From contig PS015186.1 of the NCBI GenBank assembly GCA_048213135.1, positions 1 to 64,000 on the forward strand: a stretch of 64,000 nt of DNA. The letters run 5' to 3'. Positions 62,106 to 64,000 of the stretch are shown in pieces. The notes under the pieces were generated by a model, which was not told the origin of the DNA, did no database searches, and worked only from the letters and a program-made list of their open reading frames with translations. Source of the stretch: Reclinomonas americana ATCC 50394. Taxonomy: Eukaryota. Within the stretch, counting starts at the first letter, position 1. Every line of letters starts with the position of its first letter. A program made the position numbers and the translations under genes.

Positions 62106-62266
62106 TCCCGCGCGTCACGGGCGTTGAGTGCGTTTCTCGAGCGGGTTCTCGGACAATGTCTGGTCATGTCATTGACACGTCAGCGCGCGCGTCTCGCGTG
62201 TCATTTTCCTCGCTTGAGTCGTTTACTACATACGTAGGCGGCGAGTGAGCGCGGTTCTGCTTTTAG

Positions 62267-63604
62267 ATGATCAAACGACCGCACTCGGCGGCCACTACTG
62301 TGTCGTTCAAGACACGACCGGTGCCGCTCGACATGGACGTGTCGGTTTGTGTGTGTGTCTTCGTGTGCTCCGGACACAGTGTCACCTTATCCCATCCCGT
62401 GTTGTGCGCAGCGTGTGTCAGAAGGCACCGAGGCAGTTTCCAGTGCGTCTACAGCTGTGGGCGGCGACCGGTACGCCAGTTTCCGTCGCGGGAGTGTCGA
62501 TGTCGATCGACTAGTACACTATGCTGTGGCCGCCGCGCCGCTGCTGGAGTTCGAAATCAACAGCCAGGCACGATCACACGCCGAGTGGCAGCTGGAGATC
62601 GACGCCGCGCAGCAGTTGCTGGAGGAGCGACGACGCAGCGGGTTGTCGGGTCGACCGCGCCAGCGCCGTGGTTCCACACCCGCTGTCGACGCACAGACCA
62701 GTGCAATGTCGCCCAAGTCGTGGGCGTCGGGGCAGTCCACTGACACACCGGCCAGCAGCACGCTGGTGGTCGGCAGCCCGGTGGTCTCCAGCAAGAGCGC
62801 GCGCACTGTCAGCGCATCGCCCGTGTCGCGCGTACTCACGCGCCCCTCATCGGCCATTGGCCTCGTGCGGCAGTCGGTGATGGTGCCGTCGCCCACTCAC
62901 CGTAGCCACGTCACGCAGTCGCCAGCGACACCGGCGCCGAGTTCGCCGAGTGGCACACGACTCGACTTTGCCGCCGCCGCCTCTTCTCCAGAGCCGGCGC
63001 AGGCGCCTGTGAATGGTGGCATCAGCGCCGCCAAGACCCTAGTCATGCGCATGCGGCAGGCCGCCGGCCTCGGCAAGAGCTTCGACGCACCATTGACCGC
63101 CACAGACACACCGCCGTCTGCCGCCTCCTCCCAGCAGCAACAGCAGCAGCGCTTCAAGGTACTCGCCGGCAATCAGCGCACGGCGGCGGCGCTGATTCGC
63201 AGCGGCTCAACACGCCTGCACCACAGCGGACACCGACTGCCCGCCGGCCAGTTCCAGCAGGAGCTGGTGGGCATGTTGGAGATGACTGCCGAGTGCATGT
63301 CCGACTATTGCAAGGAGCGCAAGCCGGCGGTCACCACCACCACCACCACCACCACCACTGTCAGTGCAGCAGGTCACGGCGGCGACTCTTCTCCAACTGC
63401 GGCCGCCACCACGCCGTCGCAGACGCAGTCAGCAGTCGCCGCAGCAGCGAGCGAACACCATCGGCAGGCTCGTCCACGGGCGCATTCGGCGGACACATCG
63501 CAGCGGCGATACCAGTGTGCGCCGATGCAGAAAAAGGTGGACGACCGCATGCAGGAGCTGATGACGATTCCCACAGTGAGGGAGGAGTTGCTCAAGCAAG
63601 TCGG
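62267..63604 (+). CDS. 5' part of an unknown S/P/A-rich protein, possible paralogue D (continues beyond the window)
   Basis: MIKRPHSAATT...|RVSEG long exon ending KVDDRMQELMTIPTVREELLKQV, followed by a donor-like ggtgag. Confidence 0.65.
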
Positions 63605-64000
63605 TGAGAAAGGGGGAGGGAATGGGGACGGGATAAGGAAGGAGGAGGATGTTCGCAAGAGAAGTCGGTGGCGTAGGGCGCGAGGAGCAGAGTGTGGGGT
63701 GCGAGACATGGCAGGAGTGTTGGATATGCTTCGCAACGTGTGGCCATCTGATAGAAGGGATCGCACGGCCGCGAAAGACAAGGGGAGAACAGAGAGTGGA
63801 GACAGTTGCAAAACTGCTGGAGACAGAAAGTGGAGCTGGTTGCAGAGAACGGAGTGCGGAGTGCTTTGATTGCAGAAAAACAACTCAGAAGTGTGGGGTA
63901 TTGCACTTCCGCATGAGGCAGCAGTAGAAGGGAGCGCACGGCAGCAAGTAATTAGTTGCCTCTGTTGGTTGTCGACAGCGTTCGAGGAAAACAATGCAGA

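Noticed and set aside
1-64000. tRNA, rRNA, snRNA, transposase or reverse transcriptase genes
   Set aside because: None recognised by eye; covariance and HMM searches are needed to exclude them.

Overview
Intron-rich, microsatellite-rich eukaryotic (protist-like) DNA with several assembly gaps. Spliced genes reconstructed by hand: an SLC43/LAT3-like MFS transporter (+), ARP6 (-), a GT10 alpha-1,3-fucosyltransferase (+), then an accessory block (~15.3-27.4 kb). That block holds two Crinkler/CR-like nuclease-fold + kinase genes that look damaged, a recent pseudogenised copy of the fucosyltransferase 3' half, and dispersed repeats. These are followed by BMS1 (+), a HARE-HTH + JmjC + ZZ-like chromatin protein (-) whose iron-binding motif looks broken, a sterol desaturase (+), and three (probably four) divergent paralogues of an unrecognised family in alternating orientation. 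The most striking window-wide signal is a 5' splice-site class GTTGCG(Y), with C at +5, at 25 frame-checked introns, nearly always after a non-G exon end. All exon structures are inferred from reading frame and recalled family motifs, without transcript data or database searches.
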